This document shows positions 9,583 to 18,484 of a stretch of DNA of 31,622 nucleotides, piece after piece. Positions within the stretch are counted from its first letter, which is position 1; each line of letters opens with the position of its first letter. The DNA is from Escherichia phage 9W, in sequence record OM475431, one strand, 5' to 3'. The translations under genes were made by a program, and so were the position numbers. Below the pieces are notes generated by a model. The model did no database searches and had not been told where the DNA came from. It saw only the letters and a list, made by a program, of their open reading frames with translations.

Positions 9583-9604
9583 GCCGCCGGTATGACCCGG
9601 CGGC
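9583..9604 (+). other. Perfect 8-bp GC-rich inverted repeat (GCCGCCGG-tatgac-CCGGCGGC) in the S-V intergenic region
   Basis: Seen directly in sequence; no downstream U-tract; lies where the P2 late promoter for V is expected. Confidence 0.5.
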
Positions 9605-9616
9605 ATCCTTCCCGTT

Positions 9617-10252
9617 ATGAACACTCTCGCAAATATTCAGGAACTCGCGCGCGCACTGCGCAACATGATCCGCACCGGCGTTATCGTCGAAACCGACCTT
9701 AACGCCGGTCGCTGCCGTGTGCAGACCGGCGGCATGTGCACCGACTGGCTTCAGTGGCTGACCCATCGCGCAGGACGTTCGCGCACATGGTGGGCACCTT
9801 CCGTGGGGGAACAGGTGCTGATTCTGTCCGTGGGCGGTGAACTCGACACGGCGTTCGTTCTGCCGGGGATTTATTCCGGCGATAACCCTGCGCCGTCTGC
9901 GTCGTCTGATGCCCTGCATATCCGTTTCCCTGACGGGGCGGTGATTGAGTATGAACCTGAAACCAGTGCACTGACGGTAAGCGGAATTAAAACGGCCAGC
10001 GTGACGGCTTCTGATTCTGTTACCGCCACGGTGCCGGTGGTCATGGTGAAAGCGTCAACCCGCATCACCCTGGACACCCCGGAGGTGGTCTGCACCAACA
10101 GACTGATTACCGGCACGCTGGAAGTACAGAAGGGCGGGACGATGCGCGGCAACATTGAACACACCGGCGGTGAACTCTCATCAAACGGTAAGGTACTGCA
10201 TACCCACAAACACCCCGGCGACAGCGGCGGCACAACCGGGAGTCCTTTATGA
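9617..10252 (+). CDS. V: Baseplate spike / assembly protein V
   Basis: 211 aa, P2 gpV length and position. Confidence 0.88.
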   Translation: MNTLANIQELARALRNMIRTGVIVETDLNAGRCRVQTGGMCTDWLQWLTHRAGRSRTWWAPSVGEQVLILSVGGELDTAFVLPGIYSGDNPAPSASSDALHIRFPDGAVIEYEPETSALTVSGIKTASVTASDSVTATVPVVMVKASTRITLDTPEVVCTNRLITGTLEVQKGGTMRGNIEHTGGELSSNGKVLHTHKHPGDSGGTTGSPL

Positions 10253-10596
10253 CAGCGCGTTATCTCGGAATGAATCGCAGTAATGGCCTGACTGTCACTG
10301 ACCTTGAGCATATCAGCCAGAGTATCGGCGATATCCTGCGCACGCCGGTCGGCTCACGGGTGATGCGTCGTGATTACGGCTCGTTGCTGGCATCAATGAT
10401 TGACCAGCCGCAGACCCCGGCGCTTGAGTTGCAGATTAAGGTCGCCTGTTACATGGCAGTGCTGAAATGGGAACCCCGCGTCACCCTGTCATCCGTCACC
10501 ACGGCGCGCAGCTTTGACGGGCGAATGACGGTCACGTTGACCGGCCAGCACAACGACACCGGCCAGCCACTTTCGTTAACCATCCCTGTGAGTTGA
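10249..10596 (+). CDS. W: Baseplate protein W
   Basis: 115 aa, P2 gpW length and position. Confidence 0.88.
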   Translation: MTARYLGMNRSNGLTVTDLEHISQSIGDILRTPVGSRVMRRDYGSLLASMIDQPQTPALELQIKVACYMAVLKWEPRVTLSSVTTARSFDGRMTVTLTGQHNDTGQPLSLTIPVS

Positions 10597-10600
10597 AACC

Positions 10601-11509
10601 ATGCCGATTATCGACCTGAACCAGCTACCCGCACCGGATGTGGTCGAGGAGCTGGACTTTGAAACCATTCTTGCCGAACGCAAGGCGACACTGATTTCCC
10701 TTTACCCGGAAGACCAGCAGGAGGCGGTCGCCCGTACCCTGACGCTGGAATCCGAGCCTCTCGTCAAACTGCTGGAGGAAAATGCTTATCGTGAGCTTAT
10801 CTGGCGTCAGCGTGTGAATGAGGCTGCACGGGCGGTGATGCTGGCCTGTGCAGCCGGTAATGACCTTGATGTGATTGGTGCCAATTACAACACCACGCGC
10901 CTGACTATCACCCCGGCAGATGATTCGACCATTCCGCCGACACCGGCAGTGATGGAGTCTGACACCGATTATCGTCTGCGTATTCAGCAGGCGTTTGAGG
11001 GCTTAAGCGTCGCCGGGTCGGTGGGTGCCTATCAGTATCATGGTCGCAGTGCCGACGGGCGTGTCGCGGATATCTCTGTCACCAGTCCGTCTCCGGCCTG
11101 CGTCACCATCTCTGTGCTGTCACGTGAAAATAACGGTGTTGCATCCGAAGACCTGCTGGCCGTGGTGCGTAACGCCCTTAATGGTGAGGACGTCAGGCCG
11201 GTGGCCGACCGCGTGACCGTGCAGTCTGCCGCCATCGTTGAATACCAGATAAACGCCACGCTTTACCTTTACCCTGGTCCCGAAAGCGAACCCATCCGCG
11301 CTGCCGCCGTGAAAAAACTGGAAGCGTATATCACGGCACAGCACCGGCTGGGGCGCGACATCCGTCTGTCTGCCATTTATGCCGCTTTGCATGTGGAAGG
11401 TGTGCAGCGTGTCGAACTGGCAGCACCACTGGCCGACATCGTGCTCAACAGTACGCAGGCGTCTTTCTGTACCGAATACCGCGTCGTGACCGGAGGCTCG
11501 GATGAGTGA
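10601..11509 (+). CDS. J: Baseplate protein J
   Basis: 302 aa, P2 gpJ length and position. Confidence 0.88.
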   Translation: MPIIDLNQLPAPDVVEELDFETILAERKATLISLYPEDQQEAVARTLTLESEPLVKLLEENAYRELIWRQRVNEAARAVMLACAAGNDLDVIGANYNTTRLTITPADDSTIPPTPAVMESDTDYRLRIQQAFEGLSVAGSVGAYQYHGRSADGRVADISVTSPSPACVTISVLSRENNGVASEDLLAVVRNALNGEDVRPVADRVTVQSAAIVEYQINATLYLYPGPESEPIRAAAVKKLEAYITAQHRLGRDIRLSAIYAALHVEGVQRVELAAPLADIVLNSTQASFCTEYRVVTGGSDE

Positions 11510-12032
11510 TTCGCGACTGCTGCCGACCGGCTCATCACCGCTTGAGGTCGCCGCCGCAAAAGCCTGTGCGGAAATTGAAAAAACGCCGGTCAGTATTCGT
11601 GAGCTGTGGAACCCGGACACCTGTCCGGCAAATCTGCTGCCGTGGCTGGCGTGGGCGTTTTCGGTCGACAGGTGGGATGAAAAGTGGCCGGAAGCGACAA
11701 AACGCGCCGTTATCCGCGATGCCTATTTCATCCACTGTCATAAAGGCACTATAGGTGCAATCCGGCGTGTGGTGGAGCCGCTCGGCTATCTCATCAACGT
11801 GACGGAGTGGTGGGAAACCAGTGACCCGCCGGGCACCTTCCGGCTTGATATTGGTGTACTGGAAAGTGGCATCACAGAGGCAATGTATCAGGAAATGGAA
11901 CGGCTGATTGCTGATGCCAAACCTGCAAGTCGCCACCTTATTGGCCTGAACATTACCCGGGACATTCCCGGCTACCTGTTCGCCGGTTGTGTGGCTTACG
12001 ACGGCGATGTAATTACGGTTTACCCCGGATAA
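11502..12032 (+). CDS. I: Baseplate protein I
   Basis: 176 aa, P2 gpI length and position. Confidence 0.85.
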   Translation: MSDSRLLPTGSSPLEVAAAKACAEIEKTPVSIRELWNPDTCPANLLPWLAWAFSVDRWDEKWPEATKRAVIRDAYFIHCHKGTIGAIRRVVEPLGYLINVTEWWETSDPPGTFRLDIGVLESGITEAMYQEMERLIADAKPASRHLIGLNITRDIPGYLFAGCVAYDGDVITVYPG

Positions 12033-12042
12033 GTGAGGAATA

Positions 12043-14289
12043 ATGAGCACAAAATTCAGAACCGTTATCACCACTGCCGGTGCAGCAAAGCTGGCAGCGG
12101 CAACCGCGCCGGGAGGGCGGAAGGTCAACATTACCACGATGGCCGTCGGGGATGGCGGTGGTAAATTGCCTGTCCCGGATGCCGGACAGACCGGGCTTAT
12201 CCACGAAGTCTGGCGACATGCGCTGAACAAAATCAGCCAGGACAAACGAAACAGTAATTATATTATCGCAGAGCTGGTTATTCCGCCGGAGGTGGGCGGT
12301 TTCTGGATGCGTGAGCTTGGCCTGTACGATGATGCGGGAACGTTAATTGCCGTGGCGAACATGGCCGAAAGTTATAAGCCTGCCCTTGCCGAAGGCTCAG
12401 GGCGTTCGCAGACCTGCCGTATGGTCATCATCGTCAGCAGTGTGGCCTCAGTGGAGCTGACCATTGACACCACAACGGTGATGGCAACGCAGGATTATGT
12501 TGATGACAAAATTGCAGAACATGAACAGTCACGACGTCACCCGGACGCCTCGCTGACCGCCAAAGGTTTTACTCAGTTAAGCAGTGCGACCAACAGCACG
12601 TCTGAAACACTCGCCGCAACACCAAAAGCGGTAAAAGCAGCATATGACCTTGCTAACGGAAAATATACCGCTCAGGACGCCAGCACGGGGCGAAAAGGTC
12701 TTGTCCAGCTCAGTAGTGCCACCAACAGCACGTCTGAAACGCTCGCCGCAACACCAAAAGCGGTAAAAGCAGCATATGACCTTGCTAACGGGAAATACAC
12801 TGCACAGGATGCCACCACCGCGCGAAAAGGCCTTGTTCAGCTCAGTAGTGCCACCAACAGCGATTCTGAAACGCTGGCCGCAACGCCAAAGGCGGTTAAG
12901 ACAGCGTATGACCTTGCTAACGGGAAATACACTGCACAGGATGCCACCACAGCGCGAAAAGGTCTTGTCCAGCTAAGTAGCGCCACCAACAGTGATTCTG
13001 AAACGCTGGCCGCAACACCAAAAGCGGTGAAGTCTGCCAATGACAATGCTGAAAAACGTCTTCAGAAAGATCAGAACGGTGCGGATATTCCTGATAAAGA
13101 ACGCTTCCTGAGTAACATTAATGTTTACAGCAAAGGTGAAGTGGATAAGAAAAAGGGAATGCGAAAGTATTCGTTTGCAGCCCCTGCAAATGTCGTTGCC
13201 GGGAAGTGGTATCCCGTTATCTTTCGCCGTGCTGCCAGCCTTTCAGGAGAAATGGCATCCCGCGTCGTTATTTCCACTGGTTGTTATAACGGCGATTATG
13301 TAATGAATAACTGCGAGTTTAATGGCATGGTTATGCCCGGAGGATGGACTGATCGTGGTTCATATGCGGCAGGTTATTTCTGGACGTATCAGACCAATGA
13401 GCGTTCAATCCATTCCATTGTTACAAGCCTGAAAGATGATGATGTATGTAGTGTTTTTTATGTTGAAGCCAGAGCTTTCCCTGTGCAAATTCTTGCAGAG
13501 GAAGGGCTAACGGTTATTGTTCCGACAGAGGATTATGTCGTCGGTCAAACGACATATAAGTGGGGGGCAACTAATCCCGCTACAGAAAGCACGAACGCAC
13601 AGGCTATTCTGGATTTTAAAAATGGGCGCGGTTATTACTGCTCACATCCATTTATTTCTAACCTTTCAGGAAATGCTGCAACAGCCTCAAAACTCGAAAC
13701 ACCGAGGAAAATAGCAGGTGTTGCCTTTGATGGTTCTGGAGATATTACCCTTAATGCCAGAAATGTCGGTGCATTTGCACTTCGGCAGACAGGTAATACG
13801 GTTAATGGTGATACAGCCGTTGGATGGAATTGGGACAGTGGCGCATACAACGCTCTGATTGGGGGAGCATCTGCATTAATTCTTCACTTTAATATAAATG
13901 CTGGTAGCTGCCCGGCTGTACAGTTTCGTGTGAATTATAAAAATGGCGGTATATCTTACAGGTCAGCCCGTGATGGTTATGGTTTTGAATCTGGCTGGTC
14001 TGATTTCTATACCACAACACGAAAACCCTCAGCGGGAGATGTTGGTGCATACACCAAAGCTGAGTCAGATTCACGTTATGTGAGAGACATGCGGCTGGGC
14101 GGTGCATCTACATATAAACCAGCAAATAATGGTACTACATGGACGCATCAGGCTCCGTCAGGTTGCGTATATACCGGCATTATTGTTCAGGATACCGGCT
14201 CAAACTCTGCCGATAACATTGGTGGCGTATATTACAGACCAGTGCAGAAATACATTAACGGGACATGGTATAACGTGGCGCAGGTATAA
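12043..14289 (+). CDS. H: Tail fibre protein (conserved N-terminus, repeat shaft, divergent low-GC C-terminal tip)
   Basis: 748 aa with a GAGGAA Shine-Dalgarno; conserved tail-fibre N-terminus; four tandem 44-aa repeats; P2 gpH is 669 aa. Confidence 0.85.
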   Translation: MSTKFRTVITTAGAAKLAAATAPGGRKVNITTMAVGDGGGKLPVPDAGQTGLIHEVWRHALNKISQDKRNSNYIIAELVIPPEVGGFWMRELGLYDDAGTLIAVANMAESYKPALAEGSGRSQTCRMVIIVSSVASVELTIDTTTVMATQDYVDDKIAEHEQSRRHPDASLTAKGFTQLSSATNSTSETLAATPKAVKAAYDLANGKYTAQDASTGRKGLVQLSSATNSTSETLAATPKAVKAAYDLANGKYTAQDATTARKGLVQLSSATNSDSETLAATPKAVKTAYDLANGKYTAQDATTARKGLVQLSSATNSDSETLAATPKAVKSANDNAEKRLQKDQNGADIPDKERFLSNINVYSKGEVDKKKGMRKYSFAAPANVVAGKWYPVIFRRAASLSGEMASRVVISTGCYNGDYVMNNCEFNGMVMPGGWTDRGSYAAGYFWTYQTNERSIHSIVTSLKDDDVCSVFYVEARAFPVQILAEEGLTVIVPTEDYVVGQTTYKWGATNPATESTNAQAILDFKNGRGYYCSHPFISNLSGNAATASKLETPRKIAGVAFDGSGDITLNARNVGAFALRQTGNTVNGDTAVGWNWDSGAYNALIGGASALILHFNINAGSCPAVQFRVNYKNGGISYRSARDGYGFESGWSDFYTTTRKPSAGDVGAYTKAESDSRYVRDMRLGGASTYKPANNGTTWTHQAPSGCVYTGIIVQDTGSNSADNIGGVYYRPVQKYINGTWYNVAQV
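12565..13035 (+). repeat. Tandem 132-bp (44-codon) in-frame repeat, about 3.6 copies, inside the H shaft
   Basis: Unit Q codons at 12574, 12706, 12838, 12970 (period 132 nt); units differ at a few positions (NSTSE versus NSDSE, S/T, G/A). Confidence 0.9.
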
Positions 14290-14292
14290 TTT

Positions 14293-14820
14293 ATGCAGCA
14301 TTTAAAAAATATTACGGCGGGTAATCCAAAAACGGTTGAACAATATCAATTGACAAAGGACTTTGATGTTGTCTGGTTTTTTTCAGAAGATGGTAAGAAC
14401 TGGTACGAACAACAAAAGTATTTTGCTGATGACACGATAAAAATAGCGTACGACAAAGATAATATTATCCGCTATGTGGAAAAGGATGTGACAGCTATCA
14501 GACCGGATGGATTAAGTGTGGTTGAAGTGGCGGATATTACTGCTAATCGGCGGGCGGACATTTCAGGGAACTGGATGTTTAAGGACGGCAAAGTGATTAA
14601 ACGCATTTATACGGAAGAGGAATTACAGCAGCAGGCAGAAATTCGGAAAGCCAGACTTCTTGCAGATGCTGAATCCGTGATTTTGCCGCTGGAGCGCGCG
14701 GTCAGACTGAACATGGCAACAGATGAGGAGCGTAGCCGACTGGATGCATGGGAGCGTTACAGCGTTCTGGTCAGTCGTGTGGATCCTGCAAATCCTGAAT
14801 GGCCGGAAATGCCGCAATAA
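14293..14820 (+). CDS. G: Tail fibre assembly chaperone
   Basis: 175 aa, P2 gpG length; AT-rich N-terminal half, GC-rich conserved C-terminal half ending ...[11 protein letters not shown]. Confidence 0.85.
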   Translation: MQHLKNITAGNPKTVEQYQLTKDFDVVWFFSEDGKNWYEQQKYFADDTIKIAYDKDNIIRYVEKDVTAIRPDGLSVVEVADITANRRADISGNWMFKDGKVIKRIYTEEELQQQAEIRKARLLADAESVILPLERAVRLNMATDEERSRLDAWERYSVLVSRVDPANPEWPEMPQ

Positions 14821-14855
14821 GTTGTATGAGCTCTGGTGTGAGCTTACATATCTAT

Positions 14856-14895
14856 GGCACAGAGTAAAGACTAATCTGACAGTCCGCTCTGTGCC
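14856..14895. other. Perfect 9-bp inverted repeat (GGCACAGAG ... CTCTGTGCC, 22-nt spacer) at the junction between G and the cargo gene
   Basis: Seen in sequence; lies between the convergent 3' ends of G (+) and the 251-aa gene (-). Possible bidirectional terminator or recombination junction; no canonical U-tract. Confidence 0.4.
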
Positions 14896-15012
14896 AAAAA
14901 CGGGCAGAGTGAATGGCTAAGTCTAGCTCATTAGAAATGTTCGCTTCATGAAAATGGCTGCAGCAAGGATCTATCTCACTGCGGCCTCTTTACAATAACG
15001 AAATTTTGCGAG

Positions 15013-15768
15013 CTATTCCTTGGCCTCTTTATTTTTCTCGCCATCGCCAATGTAAAGAAGATAATCGTTTAAGGATATCCTTCCGGAGGGGCCGGTCCAT
15101 GTTATCCATCCGTTCTCACGAAGATTAAATAATGCTTCCATGAACTCATTATCGTTAAAAGAATGATCCTCTGAGAACAGAATGTTCATTTTTCTCAATA
15201 GTTCTTCCACTTTAATCTTTTCATATCGCCTTATCAGACTTAGTGCTTTACGACGCATTAAGATTGTAGGTACTGCTTGTGAACGAATGGTTTTTTGTAT
15301 TCCACTATCAAGAACTTTCTTGATCTTACTCTCTAACTCTTTGATTTTAGTTTCATTATCTCCATTGGACTTAAGCTTTTCATCAACGATGCAAATAATT
15401 TCCTGACTAATGCTGTTCTTGAGGTTGTTTATTTTTTCTTCATTGTTGAGAATCTCATCAGAGCTTCCTGCATGGGGTTTTTTCCATATGTGCTGACGCA
15501 TATCCGTTACCGTATCTCTCATCATAGAGAATGTATCTGAATATAACTTGTCAAATATTTTTTCCAGTCGTTCGACACTTGCCTGGATGTCTTTTGCTGC
15601 TTTAGTTGTCTCTTTAGAAGCCTCATTCGACATTTTATAAAAAACAAAAGAAAGCCAAATAGCCCCAATGGCGAGTACTAATGAGGCTATTGTGGCAATA
15701 AAACCTATTATTGTTATTGCTGTATCTAATGTACCTGCTGCATCTGTGACTACTGTTTCTGCTGCCAT
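15013..15768 (-). CDS. Hypothetical membrane-anchored coiled-coil protein (cargo at the P2 Z/fun position; candidate phage-exclusion or defence gene)
   Basis: 251-aa ORF antisense to the late operon; GAGGA Shine-Dalgarno 5-6 nt upstream of the ATG; N-terminal hydrophobic helix (ITIIGFIATIASLVLAIGAIWLSFVFY), then a Lys/Glu-rich predicted coiled coil; about 30% GC in a sampled 60-nt stretch versus about 60% in the late genes. Confidence 0.75.
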   Translation of the reverse strand: MAAETVVTDAAGTLDTAITIIGFIATIASLVLAIGAIWLSFVFYKMSNEASKETTKAAKDIQASVERLEKIFDKLYSDTFSMMRDTVTDMRQHIWKKPHAGSSDEILNNEEKINNLKNSISQEIICIVDEKLKSNGDNETKIKELESKIKKVLDSGIQKTIRSQAVPTILMRRKALSLIRRYEKIKVEELLRKMNILFSEDHSFNDNEFMEALFNLRENGWITWTGPSGRISLNDYLLYIGDGEKNKEAKE

Positions 15769-16278
15769 ATATCCTCAATATTTAACCATACAGGGTAGCG
15801 TGTTTTAACCGCGGGGAAGTCGGGGTGGTGACACCCTAGCCTTACCCCGATTCCAGAGTATTTATTTATCATACCATTGAAACTATTTAATTTTATCGAA
15901 AATTTTGTCAGAGCGTGACTGAAAAGTCTTCAGCACGTCAAGCATATCGTCGCCGTTCAATTAACACTGAGCCTTTTCTTAGAGGGGTGGGCTGCGCAGT
16001 TGCGAGGTTATGCCCCAGTTCCTAGTTCCTCACTACATTCTAATTAAGCCGGCCAACTAAATGTCCGCTTTTCGCTCAAAGCAGACTGTCAGATTTGATA
16101 GCGTTTGGGCTATGTAAATTGTCAGTTGGAAAATGAGTGAGTACAAATCAGGATAGGCTGGCGGATTACCCGCCTTTTCTTTGTCTGTTGTTTCATCCCC
16201 TGACCAGCCAGGTCAAATAGCGTCTCATGCTCTGCACAACAGAAAATAGTTGCACCCATTAACCACGGAGTTAAACGG

Positions 16279-17469
16279 ATGAGTGACTATCATCACGGCG
16301 TGCAGGTGCTGGAGATTAACGACGGCACCCGCGTCATTTCCACTGTATCCACTGCCATTGTCGGCATGGTCTGCACGGCCAGCGATGCGGATGCGGAAAC
16401 CTTCCCCCTCAATAAACCTGTGCTGATTACCAATGTGCAGAGCGCAATTGCAAAGGCCGGTAAAAAAGGCACGCTGGCGGCGTCGCTGCAGGCCATCGCT
16501 GACCAGTCAAAACCGGTCACCGTTGTCGTGCGTGTGGAAGACGGCACCGGCGACGACGAAGAAACGAAACTCGCGCAGACCGTTTCCAATATCATCGGCA
16601 CCACCGACGAAAACGGTCAGTACACCGGACTGAAAGCCCTGATGGGCGCTGAGTCGGTTACCGGCGTTAAACCGCGTATTCTCGGCGTGCCGGGACTGGA
16701 CACCAAAGAGGTCGCCGTCGCACTGGCATCGGTATGCCAGGAACTGAATGCATTCGGGTATATCAGCGCATGGGGCTGTAAGACCATTTCCGAGGCAAAA
16801 GCCTACCGTCAGAATTTCAGCCAGCGTGAGCTGATGGTCATCTGGCCGGATTTCCTCGCATGGGATACGGTTACCAGTACCACCGCCACCGCGTATGCCA
16901 CCGCCCGTGCGCTGGGTCTGCGCGCTAAAATCGACCAGGAGCAGGGCTGGCATAAAACGCTGTCCAACGTCGGGGTGAACGGTGTTACCGGCATCAGTGC
17001 ATCCGTCTTCTGGGATTTGCAGAAGCCGGGCACTGATGCTGACCTGCTTAACGAGTCAGGCGTCACTACGCTGATTCGCCGCGACGGTTTCCGCTTCTGG
17101 GGTAACCGTACCTGCTCTGATGATCCGCTGTTCCTCTTTGAAAGTTACACCCGCACCGCGCAGGTACTGGCCGACACGATGGCTGAGGCGCACATGTGGG
17201 CTATTGATAAGCCCATCACCGCAACGCTGATTCGCGACATCATTGACGGCATCAATGCCAAATTCCGTGAACTGAAAAACAACGGTTATATCGTGGATGG
17301 TACATGCTGGTTCAGCGAAGAGTCCAACGATGCGGAAACCCTCAAGGCCGGCAAACTGTATATCGACTACGACTATACCCCGGTGCCTCCTCTTGAAAAT
17401 CTGACCCTGCGCCAGCGTATTACCGATAAATACCTGGCAAATCTGGTCACCTCGGTTAACAGCAATTAA
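16279..17469 (+). CDS. FI: Contractile tail sheath protein
   Basis: 396 aa, P2 gpFI length and position; GGAG Shine-Dalgarno. Confidence 0.9.
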   Translation: MSDYHHGVQVLEINDGTRVISTVSTAIVGMVCTASDADAETFPLNKPVLITNVQSAIAKAGKKGTLAASLQAIADQSKPVTVVVRVEDGTGDDEETKLAQTVSNIIGTTDENGQYTGLKALMGAESVTGVKPRILGVPGLDTKEVAVALASVCQELNAFGYISAWGCKTISEAKAYRQNFSQRELMVIWPDFLAWDTVTSTTATAYATARALGLRAKIDQEQGWHKTLSNVGVNGVTGISASVFWDLQKPGTDADLLNESGVTTLIRRDGFRFWGNRTCSDDPLFLFESYTRTAQVLADTMAEAHMWAIDKPITATLIRDIIDGINAKFRELKNNGYIVDGTCWFSEESNDAETLKAGKLYIDYDYTPVPPLENLTLRQRITDKYLANLVTSVNSN

Positions 17470-17481
17470 GGAGCCTGACCG

Positions 17482-18000
17482 ATGGCAATGCCGCGCAAAC
17501 TCAAGTTAATGAACGTCTTTCTGAACGGCTACAGCTATCAGGGCGTTGCAAAGTCCGTCACGCTGCCAAAACTGACCCGTAAGCTCGAAAACTATCGCGG
17601 TGCGGGGATGAACGGCAGCGCACCGGTAGACCTCGGCCTTGATGATGATGCGCTGTCAATGGAGTGGTCGCTCGGTGGCTTCCCGGATTCGGTTATCTGG
17701 GAGCTTTACGCCGCAACCGGTGTGGATGCCGTACCGATTCGTTTTGCAGGCTCTTACCAGCGTGACGATACCGGCGAAACGGTGGCCGTCGAGGTGGTCA
17801 TGCGTGGACGTCAGAAAGAAATCGACACCGGCGAGGGTAAACAGGGAGAAGACACCGAGTCGAAAATCTCCGTGGTCTGCACCTATTTCCGGCTGACGAT
17901 GGACGGTAAGGAGCTGGTCGAAATCGACACCATCAACATGATTGAGAAGGTGAACGGCGTCGACCGGCTGGAGCAACACCGCCGCAATATCGGCCTGTAA
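17482..18000 (+). CDS. FII: Tail tube protein
   Basis: 172 aa, P2 gpFII length and position; AAGGAG Shine-Dalgarno. Confidence 0.9.
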   Translation: MAMPRKLKLMNVFLNGYSYQGVAKSVTLPKLTRKLENYRGAGMNGSAPVDLGLDDDALSMEWSLGGFPDSVIWELYAATGVDAVPIRFAGSYQRDDTGETVAVEVVMRGRQKEIDTGEGKQGEDTESKISVVCTYFRLTMDGKELVEIDTINMIEKVNGVDRLEQHRRNIGL

Positions 18001-18007
18001 TTGTCAT

Positions 18008-18028
18008 CCGGTCAGCCTGGCTGACCGG
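18008..18028 (+). other. Perfect 9-bp hairpin (CCGGTCAGC-ctg-GCTGACCGG) immediately after FII
   Basis: Seen in sequence; weak U-tract; could be a partial terminator or processing site that sets sheath/tube versus downstream gene dosage. Confidence 0.5.
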
Positions 18029-18056
18029 TTAACCCCGATTCAGAAGTGAGAAAACC

Positions 18057-18332
18057 ATGAACAAAGAAAACGTCATTACCCTGGACAATCCGGTCAAACG
18101 TGGTGAGCAGGTTATCGAACAGGTCACGCTGATGAAACCTAACGCCGGGACGCTGCGCGGTGTCAGTCTGGCTGCGGTCGCGAACTCCGAAGTCGATGCA
18201 CTGATTAAGGTGCTGCCGCGCATGACTGCACCGATGCTGACCGAGCAGGAAGTCGCCGCACTGGAACTGCCTGACCTTGTGGCGCTGGCCGGTAAGGTGG
18301 TCGGTTTTTTGTCGCCGAACTCGGTGCAGTGA
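18057..18332 (+). CDS. E: Tail assembly chaperone E
   Basis: 91 aa, P2 gpE length; slippery TTTTTTG near the 3' end. Confidence 0.88.
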   Translation: MNKENVITLDNPVKRGEQVIEQVTLMKPNAGTLRGVSLAAVANSEVDALIKVLPRMTAPMLTEQEVAALELPDLVALAGKVVGFLSPNSVQ

Positions 18333-18484
18333 CGTTTCCGAAAAATCTCTCGGTCGATGACCTGATGGCGGATGTGGCAGTGATATTTCACTGGCCGCCA
18401 TCAGAACTGTATCCCATGAGCCTGACCGAACTCATCACATGGCGCGAAAAGGCGCTCCGGCGAAGCGGAAACACGAATGAGTAA
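18057..18484 (+). CDS. E': Tail assembly chaperone E+E', made by -1 programmed ribosomal frameshift at T_TTT_TTG (18305-18311)
   Basis: The -1 frame is open from 18311 to the TAA at 18482-18484 and encodes VAELGAVTFPKNLSVDDLMADVAVIFHWPPSELYPMSLTELITWREKALRRSGNTNE; it ends overlapping the T start. Fusion is about 142 aa. Confidence 0.8.

Noticed and set aside
12565-13035. Possible CRISPR-like array because of regular direct repeats
   Set aside because: The repeats are 132 bp, contiguous with no unique spacers, and in frame within the tail-fibre CDS; they are coding repeats.
12776-13046. Two small ORFs (66 aa on plus, 69 aa on minus) with internally repeated peptides
   Set aside because: They are generated by the 132-bp tandem repeat inside H read in alternative frames, not independent genes.
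15182-15406. 74-aa plus-strand ORF inside the Z/fun cargo gene
   Set aside because: Antisense to the longer minus-strand ORF, which has a good Shine-Dalgarno; very hydrophobic low-complexity translation typical of AT-rich shadow frames.
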